This document shows positions 32,320 to 43,963 of a stretch of 64,000 bases of DNA, piece by piece. This DNA is from Chloropicon primus (lineage: Eukaryota): assembly GCA_023205875.1 (NCBI GenBank), contig CP060762.1, forward strand, positions 124,001 to 188,000, given 5' to 3'. Below the pieces are notes generated by a model. That model was given only the letters and a program-made list of their open reading frames with translations. It did no database searches and was not told the DNA's origin. Within the stretch, counting starts at the first letter, position 1. Each line of letters opens with the position of its first letter. A program made the translations under genes and the position numbers.

Positions 32320-33787
32320 ATGGCAAGGTTCGTCCGAGGAGGGGGAGAGCTGGTGCGGCAGCTGAGGGCTTCGGTTGGTCCGCTCCCTTGCTCTCTGTCG
32401 CGACGAAGGCAGCCTTTGGTAACCGTAGTAGCGAAGAGAACAAAGTTTGAGACGAGCCATTGGACAAAACCTTTTTCTCCATTCAAAGGTAAGTCCAGTC
32501 GTTGCCTTTTGGCGGATGACAGGAGGGGTTGTGGCGCGTGTCCAGTGGCGGTCACTTGGAGTGGATCCTCTTCTTCTCTTGTGGCTTGGCTTGGCGTGAC
32601 GCAATCAAGGAATCAAGGAATCAAAGGAACCAGCAAGTGATTCACTGACAAGTTGAACTCCTTTTTGTGTGGTTTGGTTCCATTCCCAAGGACAAGCAGG
32701 TGAGAGCGGTCCTGTGATGTGGAGGACAGTGGAGGGGTCTCCGCTGCAGAGCGCAATGCAGGGACGTCACCTGATACGGCAGTGGACGCGGCAGTACTCT
32801 GACTCGAGCAAGGGCTGGGGGTATGGCGCGATACTCGAGCGTGGAAGGAACCTGCTGAGCAAGGGTGAGGGTGGTGGCACAGGCTTGGGCGCGAAGCTGC
32901 CGAGGCCCAGGTTGATCCCCCTGTCGGAGCTGAGGGGGAACGTGAAAGAGAATTTTGCCAGGGTAGTGACCGAGAGGATGCGTGGGTTTTGGCAGCGCAA
33001 CAAGCACATTGTTTTGGGCGTGTCCGCTTCTTTTGCTGTCTACTACATATGGCGCACGACGTACGGGGTAGCGAGCATGTTCATCGACTTGACAGAAACC
33101 TTTGCGGAGATGGGTTTCCTGGCTCTCTCCGTCGCTATGACGGGCGCTTTCTATTTGTATATAAGGGAAAGGTCGAGGATCAACCCCAACAAACTGTTTC
33201 GGATGGCGATGACGAGGCTCAACACCTCTCCCGCCGTTCTGGAGGTGATGGGGGCGCCCCTGACAGGCTCGCACCTGCAGGCCTCAGTCTTGTCGGGGGG
33301 CGGACTGCGGGTGAAGGGGTACCTCGGCTCCGAGGGCGTCAAAATTCGATCCACGAGGCTTCACATGATCTTCCCAGTTGCAGGTCCGGAGGCCCGAGGG
33401 GTGGTGAGCATCGAAGCGAAGAAGAAGAGGGGGAAGCACCAGTTCAAGCTCTTGGCGGTGGACGTGGTGACGAAGAGTGGGCTGGAAGAAAGGATATTTT
33501 TGGACGGGGACGAGAGCTACTACAGGCGCGGCGGTATCCTGAGCGAGCTCAGAGACCCGTTCTTGAAAGTCGCCGCGGCGCAGACGATGTACGAGATAGA
33601 AGACGACGAGGAGGAGCGTGCCGCCATTGCCGCCAACGTGGCGGCGAAGAGTGAGCGGGCGAGTTCAGCCGGTGAGACCGGCCAGGAGAAGAAACAAATT
33701 TACTTTTACGAGTGGGGTTGGGAGTACTTGAAGGCGCAGCTGTCGAGCGTGCCACAGAAACTGGCTCAGAAACCAGTCCAGAGTTAG
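32320..33787 (+). CDS. Mitochondrial TIM21-like inner-membrane protein of the green lineage (exon 32320-32488, intron, exon from about 32691)
   Basis: Arg-rich presequence exon, GTAAGT donor, CTGAC branch point; INP..FR.AM..LN....LEVMGAPL.G, IFPV.G....G.VS.E.KK..G....KLLAVD. Confidence 0.7.
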
Positions 33788-33872
33788 CAACCTCGGGCCA
33801 AAACCTTGATGTTTTCTTTTTGTATTATTTTGTTTGATATATAGAACCCGTGATTCACCATTATGTAGTGGC

Positions 33873-34916
33873 CTACCAAACCGATGGCTCGGCCACCTCG
33901 ATTTTGAGGAAGGTGTAACCACTTTCGTCGCACCGCTTCCCCAGCGCCGCTGCTTGGTCTTCCCCCTCAAAACAGTAAACGACGATGGCGCCGCCCGACC
34001 CAGTGAACTTGGCTGCAGCTCCCTGCGACTCAGCCAGGTTCACCATGTCCAGGTTGGCCTTCCCCAGGACCTGATCGCCGAAGAGCGACCTCCTGAGCTT
34101 GAAGTTTGCTCTCATGATCTCCGCGAACGGTTTTCCTGGCTCCCCCTCCCCCCTCAAAAGGACCTCTCTCCCCTCTTCCGCCAGCCTTGCGAACGTTCTC
34201 ATGGCCTCCCGCGCCTCCTCGTCGCCGTCCAGCCACCTCTGCCTGACGTTGGAATGGATCTTGCCGGACTCCCCCCCACCCTCGTCGCTCCCGGCCTCCG
34301 CCTTTGGCCTTGGAAACATCAGGTAAAGGTGCTCGGGGAGGACCTTGGGATCGAGCTCCTCGTACGCCCCGTGCCCCTTGGCCTCGAACACCTCCTTGGC
34401 GAAGTCCATGAACACCGCACCGCCGTAGACCTGTATCACCCGGTCCATGTAACCCGCGACGATGCCCAGTGCGTTCTCGGCGGCGAGAACCAGGTTGGGC
34501 AAGACGGCCTTGTCAATGCGGTCCCCGACATTGTAGTACCGCACCAGGCAGCGCAATGCCGCGCAGATGATGGCACTAGATCCGCTCAGACCCGCCTGAA
34601 AGGGTATGCTCGACTCGTACGACAGGGAGAACCCAAGCTTGTTCTCCTCCCGGACGTCTTCAAGTCCTGGGTGTTGGTAGAACAACTTCAAGAGGGACTC
34701 CAGGAGTCGCACCCCTCCCTTCCCTCCGTTCGCATCCCTCTCGCCCGGAACGACCGCGATGGCCTCGTCGCCACCACTCTCGTTGGCCTTCAGGGTCACG
34801 CTCGCCCTGAAGTTCGACACCGACAAGGCAATCACCTTGCCGTGGTAGATGTCACTCGGATTGCCCAGGAGCCCCACCCTGGCGTGAGCGTGTTCCTTTA
34901 TCACCGCCACCTCCAT
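33873..34916 (-). CDS. Glucuronokinase (GHMP kinase family)
   Basis: ARVGLLGNPSD, IP.QAGLSGSSA, AG..DRVIQVYGG, SGKIHS.VR.RW, AAKFTGSGGA. Confidence 0.9.
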   Translation of the reverse strand: MEVAVIKEHAHARVGLLGNPSDIYHGKVIALSVSNFRASVTLKANESGGDEAIAVVPGERDANGGKGGVRLLESLLKLFYQHPGLEDVREENKLGFSLSYESSIPFQAGLSGSSAIICAALRCLVRYYNVGDRIDKAVLPNLVLAAENALGIVAGYMDRVIQVYGGAVFMDFAKEVFEAKGHGAYEELDPKVLPEHLYLMFPRPKAEAGSDEGGGESGKIHSNVRQRWLDGDEEAREAMRTFARLAEEGREVLLRGEGEPGKPFAEIMRANFKLRRSLFGDQVLGKANLDMVNLAESQGAAAKFTGSGGAIVVYCFEGEDQAAALGKRCDESGYTFLKIEVAEPSVW

Positions 34917-35889
34917 GCTTTACTCCCTCCGCGACGACCACAAGAAACACCAACGCTGCTGCTGCTGCTGTCGGTGGTGGTGGTGGTGGTGGTACCGATG
35001 GTGGCGGAGAAAATGAATGGCACGACTCCCTCCCCCTCCTCCGCCGGGACACACTCAATGCCGCTGGTAGGATGCCCAATCCTCCTCCGACGGGACTCTC
35101 TCTCTCTCTCTGGAAACGAAGCCGAAACCGAAACCGAAACCGAAACGGAACGGCGAAGTGTTTCCACGAAGGCGTTGTTCATCGAAAGCTCCTGGCTTCC
35201 CAACCGGAGCGTTCGACGGACCGGCTGGAGCCAATGGCCTTTCCTCTCCTCTCCTCTCTCTCCTGGCTCCTGCTCCTGGAGAGGAAGAAGCACAAGTTCT
35301 GGAAGGAAAGAGGAAAGAGGAAGAGGAAGAGGAAGAGGAAGAGGAAGAGGATCCTGGACTGGATCCGATCGGGGGGTTGACTTGACGCTTGATGCCCTCG
35401 TGCAGCACGTGCTTGTCCTAGGTCAAGTATTTAGTTTGGTTATTCTCTTTGGACGACGAATGATTCCCTTGAGAGAGCCAGCTAATCAAAAGGATCAAGA
35501 GCGGATCGTCGTGGATGCCTTGGTCCACCTCCCGTTTCATTAAAGCAATGCCATGGGCCACGTTGCAGACCTCCTTGGCTCTGCTTCCTTCCGTTCCCAC
35601 GAGAGATTCCTCTCGTCTCGTCCAAGCGTCCAAGCGTCCAAGCATCTTTGATACTTTGCCTACACTTTGCGTTTGCCTCCAAGCGTCCAAGCAAGCGACC
35701 AAGTGGACAACGTAAGCGTAAGCCTTCTTTGTCTTTGTCACAAGAGCAAGCGGTCGTATCGAGGGGAACCGATCCCGGCAATCCATTCGTATCAACCAAG
35801 GCAAGGAATGCAAGATAAGACCTGAGGAAGACGAGACGGTTGGTGTGTTGTTGAGTTGACTCTGGGTTGGGTACGAACCTGTCGTGTGA

Positions 35890-37194
35890 ATGGGAAAGAA
35901 GATGAACAAGAAAGGGAAGGATGCGAGTAGCAAGCCCAAGGGCGGAGAGACCAAAGCGCGCATCCAGAAGACCGAGGGAAAGAAAGTAAGTGTTTGTGAC
36001 GATCCGTGGGGTCTCACGTGAGCAAGACCTTGACCTTTTCGACGAGGGGGAGGGAAAGAAACGCTCCAGCCCATCAAGGTTGCGCTTCCACCACCACACG
36101 ATAACAAGGGACATCACAAGCCATGCTTCCCTCTTCCATCTTGCGTTGCCTGACACAATCTCCTCTCGCATGGATACTCTCGTTCAAAGGGTCGGCCCAA
36201 GTATGTGATCGATCGGGAAACGCTTAGCCAAGTGTTTCACTTGCCGTTCGAGAAAGCATGTGAGCAGCTTGGGATAGGATCGACGACGCTGAAGAGGATC
36301 TGCAGGGAGCAAGAGATCGGCAGGTGGCCCTACAGGCGGCTCATGTGTGCGGACACCGGGAAGAGGAAGGGGGGAAGCAGCACCGGGGACAAGAAGGCTG
36401 CCTCGGGGAAGAAGAAGGCCCAGAGCAACGGTACCGCATCGAACAATGGGAGCAGCAGAAACGGCGGGCAGACCTCGGGTGCTTGGTCGAATTTGAACAA
36501 CATCCAAGAAGCTCGGGAGAGCTTGAAGAAGGACGGTCCCAAGGGTCCCATCAAGAGGAACAGGTCTTTCCTCATCTATCAGACGGGCAACGTGTGGCAC
36601 GAGCAGCCCTTGAACCTGCCGGAGAACCTTCCCCTGGCGAGCTTCTTCCGCGAGGACTTCTTGAACGGGGACGCCAACATGCCGGAGTGCAGCGGGCAGG
36701 ACGACGGCAAAGGCGGCCGCAGGAGGGTCAAGAGGTCGAGGTCTCTGTTGCTTCAAATCATGGGAGAGGGGAACTCGGTGACGTTGTCTCCGACGATGGC
36801 TTATGACATCCCAATGGAAAGCTTTGAGACCACGGAGGACCTGCTCAAGGTGTTTGAGAATCCAACGAGCCTGCAGAGCGCCTTGCAGCACAAACCCCCC
36901 CAGCTGCCTCTGCTCGTGAGCCCCGGCGTGCCAAGCAATTCCAATCTGAACCTGAACGGAGTGAAGAAGAACTCGTCCTTCATCGGTGCGAATGGGCTCA
37001 ACAGCAGCTCCTGGCGCTCGGAGAACAACAAGAACGCGCAAAATAGCCAGTCCACCGCGTCATCCTTCCAGGGCGCGACGGCGGGCGCCACCACGGATCG
37101 GATCAGCCAAGGCCAACTGAGTCCGAAAACGATTGCCAGTAAGCAAGTGAATAAGGGGGAGAACATCGAGGAGCTGTTAAAGTATTTCGACTGA
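35890..37194 (+). CDS. RWP-RK transcription factor (exons 35890-35985, 36190-37194)
   Basis: FHLPFEKACEQLGIGSTTLKRICREQEIGRWPYRRL; upstream exon joins in frame via GTAAGT..CTGAC..AAG; TGTAA polyA-like signal at about 37376. Confidence 0.88.
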
Positions 37195-37509
37195 TCTGGG
37201 CAAGGGATGCGTGCCTGCCTGGCTGGCCTGGTGCGCTGAGTTGACCCCCGCCGCACACACCACTCCAGTGGTGAAGACCCCGCGATCAGGAGAAGCCCCT
37301 GACTCCGTCGCCGTGTTGTCACCATAAGAAAAGAAAGAGTAACGTAACGATAGATGGGGACACATACCGTTCTTGTGTAATCTATGGAGTTCATATATAT
37401 ATATGGAGGTTCTCTCCATCTCCTGCTCCTCTGCTCCCTCGCTGCCTCTCTCTCTCTCTCTGTCTGTCTGTCTGTCTGTCTGATGGAGGCATTGAGCCAT
37501 TGATCCAAG

Positions 37510-37542
<33 letters not shown>

Positions 37543-37828
37543 CACGGGACAATGCAATGCCGCTCACTGTCCTCCACCTCCATCCATCCATCCATCCAGA
37601 CTTCCCCTTCTTCGCCATCAGCTAATTTTTGGCGCGAACGAGAAGGAGGAGAGGGAGAGGGGGGACTACAGCCGTGGACTGGACGGCACGGTGTGCCTCT
37701 CCGCTTCTTCGCGGACCCACGCGCCTAGACCTTTGATTCGCTTCGTTTCGTTTCGTTTCGGTCCACAAACGAAGGAAGGAAGCGACTGTTTGATTGATTA
37801 ATTGAACGACCATCGCCATCGTCGGAGG

Positions 37829-38554
37829 ATGAGGATGAGGATGTTGTCCCTCGAAGCTTTGGATGTTCGCGGTGTTCACTGCGTGCAGTGCGGGGGAGGA
37901 GGGGGGAGGGATAGGGCCTCTTCTCGAAGAGTGTGGTCATCGTCTGCCAAGGGGAGTGCCGCCGTCCTTGGCGCTGGTGGTGGAACTTTGAGAGAAAACG
38001 TCAAGGCGTCGTCGTTTTGCCGAAGAAACATCTCCTGCAAGAGTGCGAGCTCCTCGGGGCGAGACTTGGCCCTCTCCGTGACTCGGACCTTCGACACGCT
38101 GCAAAACCCAGCGGTTCACAACGTGACGTACTCTGGGGCGCTCAATGAGTTCGTCCGGGCTGCGATCCTGGCATACGAGTGTGGATGCTCCCACGAAGTG
38201 TTGAGGCAAGCCTTTGCTGTTGAAGGTGGGAAGCTGGAAGGGGGCGGGGAGGGGGGCTTCGAAGGGTACACGGAAGTGGGGCTCGTTTGGCTCTCCATCC
38301 GGCTGTCTAGGGTCCCGGACAAGAGGTGGTCCACTGGCGGGGCTGTCGACAAAGAGTTCGAGAAACGTTGGCTCGGCTTCGTGAAACTCATCGCTAACGC
38401 TTATTTCGGCAAGCGCATGGCGTGGTACCCCATAGACAAGCTCCAATTGGAGCAAGTAGTGTCCTGCGAGAAGGTTGATCCGCCAGATATCGTCGCAGAG
38501 AGAGCGAGACTCGTGTTCACGACGCTGCGGTTTATGAATTTCCAAGGTTATTGA
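37829..38554 (+). CDS. Hypothetical protein with a plastid-transit-like leader
   Basis: S/R/G-rich leader followed by a globular-looking domain with coding-type codon bias; no family recognised. Confidence 0.7.
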   Translation: MRMRMLSLEALDVRGVHCVQCGGGGGRDRASSRRVWSSSAKGSAAVLGAGGGTLRENVKASSFCRRNISCKSASSSGRDLALSVTRTFDTLQNPAVHNVTYSGALNEFVRAAILAYECGCSHEVLRQAFAVEGGKLEGGGEGGFEGYTEVGLVWLSIRLSRVPDKRWSTGGAVDKEFEKRWLGFVKLIANAYFGKRMAWYPIDKLQLEQVVSCEKVDPPDIVAERARLVFTTLRFMNFQGY

Positions 38555-39135
38555 GGAGCACAGACGCGGGGAAAGAAGGGTGCTTGGGGATCGCGTTCCA
38601 CGGGGAGCCTCGCCAACAAACTTGTTGTTCTATCCTGTCATGCACACCACAAAGGACCCCGCCCCTTCACTTGTTTTTGCTCTGTCCTACCCCTCCCCCA
38701 CGCTTGCGGACGAGGCAGAACACCCTCTCACCAGGCCTCCTCCATCATGGGAGGGAGGATGGGATCAACCGAAAGAGGGTGACGCTCTTCATCACGCAGT
38801 CGCCCTGGATCAAGCCTACCTCCCCGTCCTCCCCCCCCCCGTCCTCCACGCATTCATCCAATCGCTTGCTTTGTCTCTGGGAAAGCCAAAGCCTCTCTCT
38901 CTCTCCATCGGTTCAAACCAAGAGCAACAGACAGAGCAGCGAGGCGACAGAGGCTGGCTCCTCTCACTGGTCTTCGACAGGAAAGCGAGGGCGAGGGCGA
39001 AGGCGAAAGGGGCAGACGAGTTGACCGGTCGAGAGGTTCCCAAGATTCGTGCCCTCGTTAGAAGTTTTGAAGCCCGAGAAGGCTTTCTTTGCAGTGACGA
39101 AGCGAAGGGAAAGGTAGATCCAAGAGGTTGGCGTC

Positions 39136-40011
39136 ATGGGCCTTCTTACTGTGATTAAGAAAGTGAAGGCGAAGGAGAAAGAGATACGACTTCTTATGGT
39201 GTAAGTGAATCTCCGGCACGACATCCTCAACCTTTCCGCCTCGACACTCCTCGCTCCCTCCCTCTCTCTCTCCGGAGCTGGACCAAAGCTAAACGAGGAC
39301 GATGATGACCTTGACAATCCTGGCGACGCACAGGGGACTCGATAATGCGGGGAAGACTACGATCGTGAAGAAGCTCTGCGGAGAGGACGTCTCGAAGACG
39401 AGTCCGACCCTCGGCTTCGAGATAAAAACTTTGGCGCACAACGGGTAAGTGAGGACGAGGGGGGAACTCGGGTCCAAACCCGAACCAGACCTTGGTCTTG
39501 GCCTTGGTGGTGGTGGTGGTGGTGGTTCCCGAGCGCCTGGCTTGACTTTGCCCCTCTCTTGGGGTGGCGACGGCAAGCGAAGTGAGGGGTTTTGCTCACG
39601 AATGGACGGGTTCTTCGTCTGGGCTGCAGGTACAAGCTGAATATTTGGGACGTCGGAGGACAGACTACGCTACGCTCGTATTGGAGGAACTACTACGAGC
39701 AGACTGAGGGTTTGATTTGGGTTATAGACAGCACTGACGTGAGGCGGCTGAAGGACTGCAAGGAGGAGCTCCACAAGCTTCTCGTGGAGGAGAGGCTTGC
39801 TGGTGCGACTCTGCTCATCTTTGCGAACAAGCAGGACATTTCGGGTGCCCAAAGCAGCAAAGAACTTCTCAAGGCACTGGAGCTGGACAAGATGGGCGAA
39901 AGGCACTGGAAGATCGTCTCTTGCAGCGGGATCACGGGGGACGGGGTGCGCAAAGGGCTCAACTGGGTGGTGGAAGACATAGCAGCTAGAATTTACATGT
40001 TTAATTCGTGA
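39136..40011 (+). CDS. ARL2: ADP-ribosylation factor-like GTPase 2 (exons 39136-39200, 39334-39444, 39630-40011)
   Basis: [37 protein letters not shown]..|[28 protein letters not shown]. Confidence 0.93.
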
Positions 40012-40212
40012 CGCGCGATTGATGTGGTGGCGGGGCGCTGCTCCCCACAAGGGAGGGGCCGCACCAGCACCCGCGCGCCAGCTGTTTCTCATTTATTTTC
40101 TGTTTCGTGATTCATAAACTTCCCCTCGCCCGGGAAAATACGTGGCGTATCCATGATGGGTCGACCCCTTGCGCCGCACTCAAGATACCCCCGCTTGGAC
40201 CTTGGTCCGAGC

Positions 40213-40908
40213 TCACTTCTTCGCGTAGGACACCCTCATGGAGTTCTCTTTCGTGATTTGGAAACCCTGAAGCCCGCTGAGAGCGACACTGGACTCCATC
40301 TCGTTCCCGAACTCCACGAAGGCGATGCCTGGCCTCGTCTCGACCATCCTCACCTCCTTAAAACCAGGAAACTGCTCGAACAGCATAGCTATCATGGCCT
40401 GGCTTGTCGCCGGAGGAAGGTTCTGTACAAAGAGAATGTTGTGCGGCGGCTCTTCCGAGTCGAGGGTCCCCGCCAATGCCGCACCTGCAGCGAAAGGCGC
40501 CTGCTGGTCGGGCCGGCTCCCGCCCTTCCTCATCGCTGCCCTCTTCTGCAGGGCCTCCCTCTTCTCCTTGTTAACCCTCGCCGTCTCCGCCTTGTCGCGC
40601 GACACGTACGTTCCATCAAGCTTCGCCACCGCATCCGACTTGGTCTTCGCGTAAGCGATCTTCATCGGCTTGTCGTAGAACGGGAAGCCCTGCATCAACC
40701 GCAATGCGTTCGTCGCGCTCGTGATGTCCTCAAACACCACCCAAGCCTGCCCCCTCAACCTGTAGTTCTTCATGCACACGATGTCCAGTATCTTGCCAAA
40801 TTGCGAGAACACCGCGTGAAGCGACTTGCGCAGCTCATCCTTGCTCAGCTTCTCGTACAAGTTGCTCACGTACACCGTCTGGTTCGGCAAACTCCCGTCT
40901 ATGCTCAT
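40213..40908 (-). CDS. U1A/U2B'' snRNP protein (two RRMs)
   Basis: PNQTVYVSNL.EK...ELRKSL..FSQFG.ILD..RGQAWVVF; PP.NILFVQNLP..FPGFKEVRM. Confidence 0.93.
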   Translation of the reverse strand: MSIDGSLPNQTVYVSNLYEKLSKDELRKSLHAVFSQFGKILDIVCMKNYRLRGQAWVVFEDITSATNALRLMQGFPFYDKPMKIAYAKTKSDAVAKLDGTYVSRDKAETARVNKEKREALQKRAAMRKGGSRPDQQAPFAAGAALAGTLDSEEPPHNILFVQNLPPATSQAMIAMLFEQFPGFKEVRMVETRPGIAFVEFGNEMESSVALSGLQGFQITKENSMRVSYAKK

Positions 40909-41009
40909 CTTCCAGCCACCCACGCACGCACGCACGCACGCACGCTTGCTTCAAAAGAGGAATCGCCAATCAGACACACAACACACACACACACACACAC
41001 ACTTCCTCG

Positions 41010-41230
41010 CTTCTCCTTCCGCACCGATCAACCTCACGAACGAACAAAGGAAGGAAAGACACCAACCTCCTCGTCGTCTTCGGTGGTCGAAACGAAGCAA
41101 ATCAAATCAAATCAAATCAAATCAAATCAAATCAAATCAAAGGTTTTCGCTGCACGATCGGTCCACTTCTCCTTCCGCACCCACCCACCCACCTCACGAA
41201 CGAAGAAAGGAAAGACACTACCACCTCCTC

Positions 41231-41275
<45 letters not shown>

Positions 41276-41309
41276 TTCGGTGGTCGAAACGAAGCAAAGG
41301 TTTCGCTGC
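41010..41309. repeat. Roughly 150-bp tandem duplication with (AAATC)n in copy 1 and (GTC)n in copy 2
   Basis: CTTCTCCTTCCGCACC..ACCTCACGAACGAA..GTCGTCTTCGGTGGTCGAAACGAAGCAAA..TTTCGCTGC occurs at 41010-41153 and 41166-41309. Confidence 0.85.
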
Positions 41310-41573
41310 CCTCACTCTGTTTTGTCTTCGTCTTCGTGTTTCGTTTTTTTTTTTTTTTTTTTTTCTTGGGGGGTAACGTGTTTTATTAAAAGTATCCAAA
41401 TGCATGGTATTTCTTGACCCCCCCTTCCCCGCCGCCGCCTTTTTAAGATGAGATTTGTACACGATCCCCCCCACGGTGGAGGGCCCAAAGGCGAGAGGTT
41501 CCCACCGAGCAGAAAGCGGCGAAACCTTTGGCGCACGAGCAGGACGCGACGGAGTGAAGACAGAGGAGAGAAC

Positions 41574-42349
41574 ATGTCGAAGAGAGGTAGAGGAGGTGGA
41601 GCTGGAGGTAACAAGTACAGGGTTACCCTCGGTCTTCCTGTCGGTGCGCTCATCAACTGCGCCGACAACACGGGTGCGAAGAACATCTACATTATTGCTG
41701 TCAAGGTGAGGACGAGGACAAAGACGAGGGAGGAAGACTTGAGGACGACCACGACGACCACGACGACCACGAGGAGGAGAAGGAGGAGGAGGAGATCATG
41801 TGGGTGTGTCTCTCCCCCCCTTTTCTCTCTGTGTGTCTCTCTGCGTCTGTCTCTTGCGTTGGTTTTCTCTCTCCTCTCGAGCAGGCGTCGCCCTCGCGGC
41901 GTGGTGCTTGGTTGATCCCGAGGAGCAGCGGGGACTCTGGTCTCTCAAGGGGGATCTCGCCTTGATCGAAGACAAACGCTGGAGCTTTTTTCTGACACGG
42001 AAGAACCAACTTTTTTTCTTCTTGTTCTTGTTCTTGTTCTTGTTCTTGTTTTTAGGGATGGGGTGCTCGCTTGAACCGTCTTCCTAGCGCTTGCAGTGGG
42101 GATATGGTCATGGCCACCGTGAAGAAGGGAAAGCCTGACTTGAGAAAGAAGGTGCATCCGGCTGTCGTGGTGAGGCAGAGGAAGGCGTTCAGGAGAAAGG
42201 AAGGAACTTGGATCTATTTCGAAGACAACGCCGGGGTGATTGTCAACCCCAAGGGAGAGATGAAGGGTTCCGCCATCACCGGACCTGTTGCCAAGGAGTG
42301 CGCCGACTTGTGGCCACGTATTGCCTCCGCTGCCAACTGCATCGTTTGA
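41574..42349 (+). CDS. RPL23: 60S ribosomal protein L23 (uL14); intron 41706-42055
   Basis: [58 protein letters not shown]. Confidence 0.97.
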
Positions 42350-42794
42350 GTGAAGCGCGAGGGAACCAAACGCCGTTTTGTTTCACGGACGACAACAATA
42401 GATGAAAATTATGGACCAGCCGAAGGGTCGTGTCCTGAAATTTATAAAACAAAACCTTACCATAGAAAGACCCCCGCCTGGCTTGCTCCGCCAGCCCCTC
42501 CTTCCCGTTCCCCCTCCCTCGAACACTGCACACGCAGACAGACAGAGAGTGAGTGAGAGAGAGACCGGTCCCGCTCGAGGAGGTAAACCTGCAAATGGAT
42601 GTGACAATGAGAGGGGGGCACAGAGAGAGAGAGAGAGAGTGTGTGTGTGTGTGTGGAGTGAAGTGCCTCTCTCTCCTTCTCCTCCCTCCCTCCCACCCCC
42701 CCTCCCCCCCTCCCTCCCTCCATCATGATCATGGCCAAGTCTCCCTCGTCCCTCCGATCAGTCGAACCGTGGATTGGACAGAAGAGCATCGAGG

Positions 42795-43713
42795 ATGGAG
42801 ACGAAGGCAGCAGCGAGGGCGGAGGGTTCGTGGAGGGCAGGAGGGCGAGGGTGGAGGACAGGGAGGTGGGAAGGAACGCAGTGGACGAGACCACACCTCG
42901 CCTCGTCCAAAGCGTCGCCTTTCTGCCCTTTCGCGTACGGGACTTGTTGTGCGAAGAGGTTTGGGCTCGCGATGTCGTCACGCGGTTGGACCAGAGCGAG
43001 GTCGACCGCGGGGGAGGAGCAAGCGGGTAAGGGGGACGCCAGAGACCTTCGAGGGAGCGTTTTCCCTTTTCCTTTGTTTTTTTTTCGTGTGGAGGGTGGC
43101 TCGCTGACTCCGCGGCTTCTTTCTGTTTCTCCTCGTTCTTCTTCTTCTTCACAGGTCATCTAGCTCCGTGCATCACTCTGACCGACGACGCCCTTGCTCA
43201 CCTGAAGCAGCTCAAGGAGCAGAAGAAGAGTCTTTTGGACCAGGGGCTCCAGCTCTTGCTGAGGATTGGTGTCAAGCAGGGTGGCTGTTCTGGCATGTCT
43301 TACTTCATGGATTTCGAGACACCAGATAAAGTGGTGGGCGACGACGCGGTGATGGATTTGGAAGGGGACATGAAACTTGGTAAGGGGAATGAGGCCCTTG
43401 TCCTCCCAGCGCCCACGTATTCTTCTCGTTTCCTTTCTCTCCGGCGAGTCCAGCCAAAGGTGGAAGGATGCCCGAAGGGAAGCGTCGTGGTGCTCGAGAG
43501 AGAAGTGTGGAGATCTCTCCTTTCCAACTTTTTTCTTCGTCCGAACTGACAACCAAGCCCCCCTGCTCGTTCTCAGTGTGTGATCCAAAGTCTTTGCTGT
43601 ACCTTTTCGGGATGGAGCTGGACTACAGCCACGAGCTTATCGGCGGTGGCTTCAAGTTCACCAACCCGAACGCCGAGAGCACTTGCGGTTGCGGCAAGTC
43701 GTTCTCTGTCTGA
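42795..43713 (+). CDS. Plastid A-type Fe-S carrier IscA/SufA (exons 42795-43026, 43155-43379, 43577-43713)
   Basis: [58 protein letters not shown]. Confidence 0.9.
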
Positions 43714-43963
43714 GGGGAAGGGCGAGCGACGAAGCGTGGGGAGGAGAGCGGGAGGAAGAGGGCAATTTTGAACGAAGAGTAACACTGCAATTTTGGGTTA
43801 GCCTTGGGGGAAGAGAAGGCACGTTTTGGCGCAGTGGTGTCGAGGAACCAGTAACGAAAAAACTAATAAAAATGATGTAGTTAGGTAGAGAGACTAGTGA
43901 ATTATCGAACCCCCTGGACGTTTCTCCCTGGCTCCTTGTGCACGTGATGGACTCTGCCACCCT

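Noticed and set aside
38552..38790. Selenocysteine readthrough of the TGA at 38552 with a downstream SECIS
   Set aside because: No redox motif near the TGA and no canonical SECIS core in the downstream hairpin.
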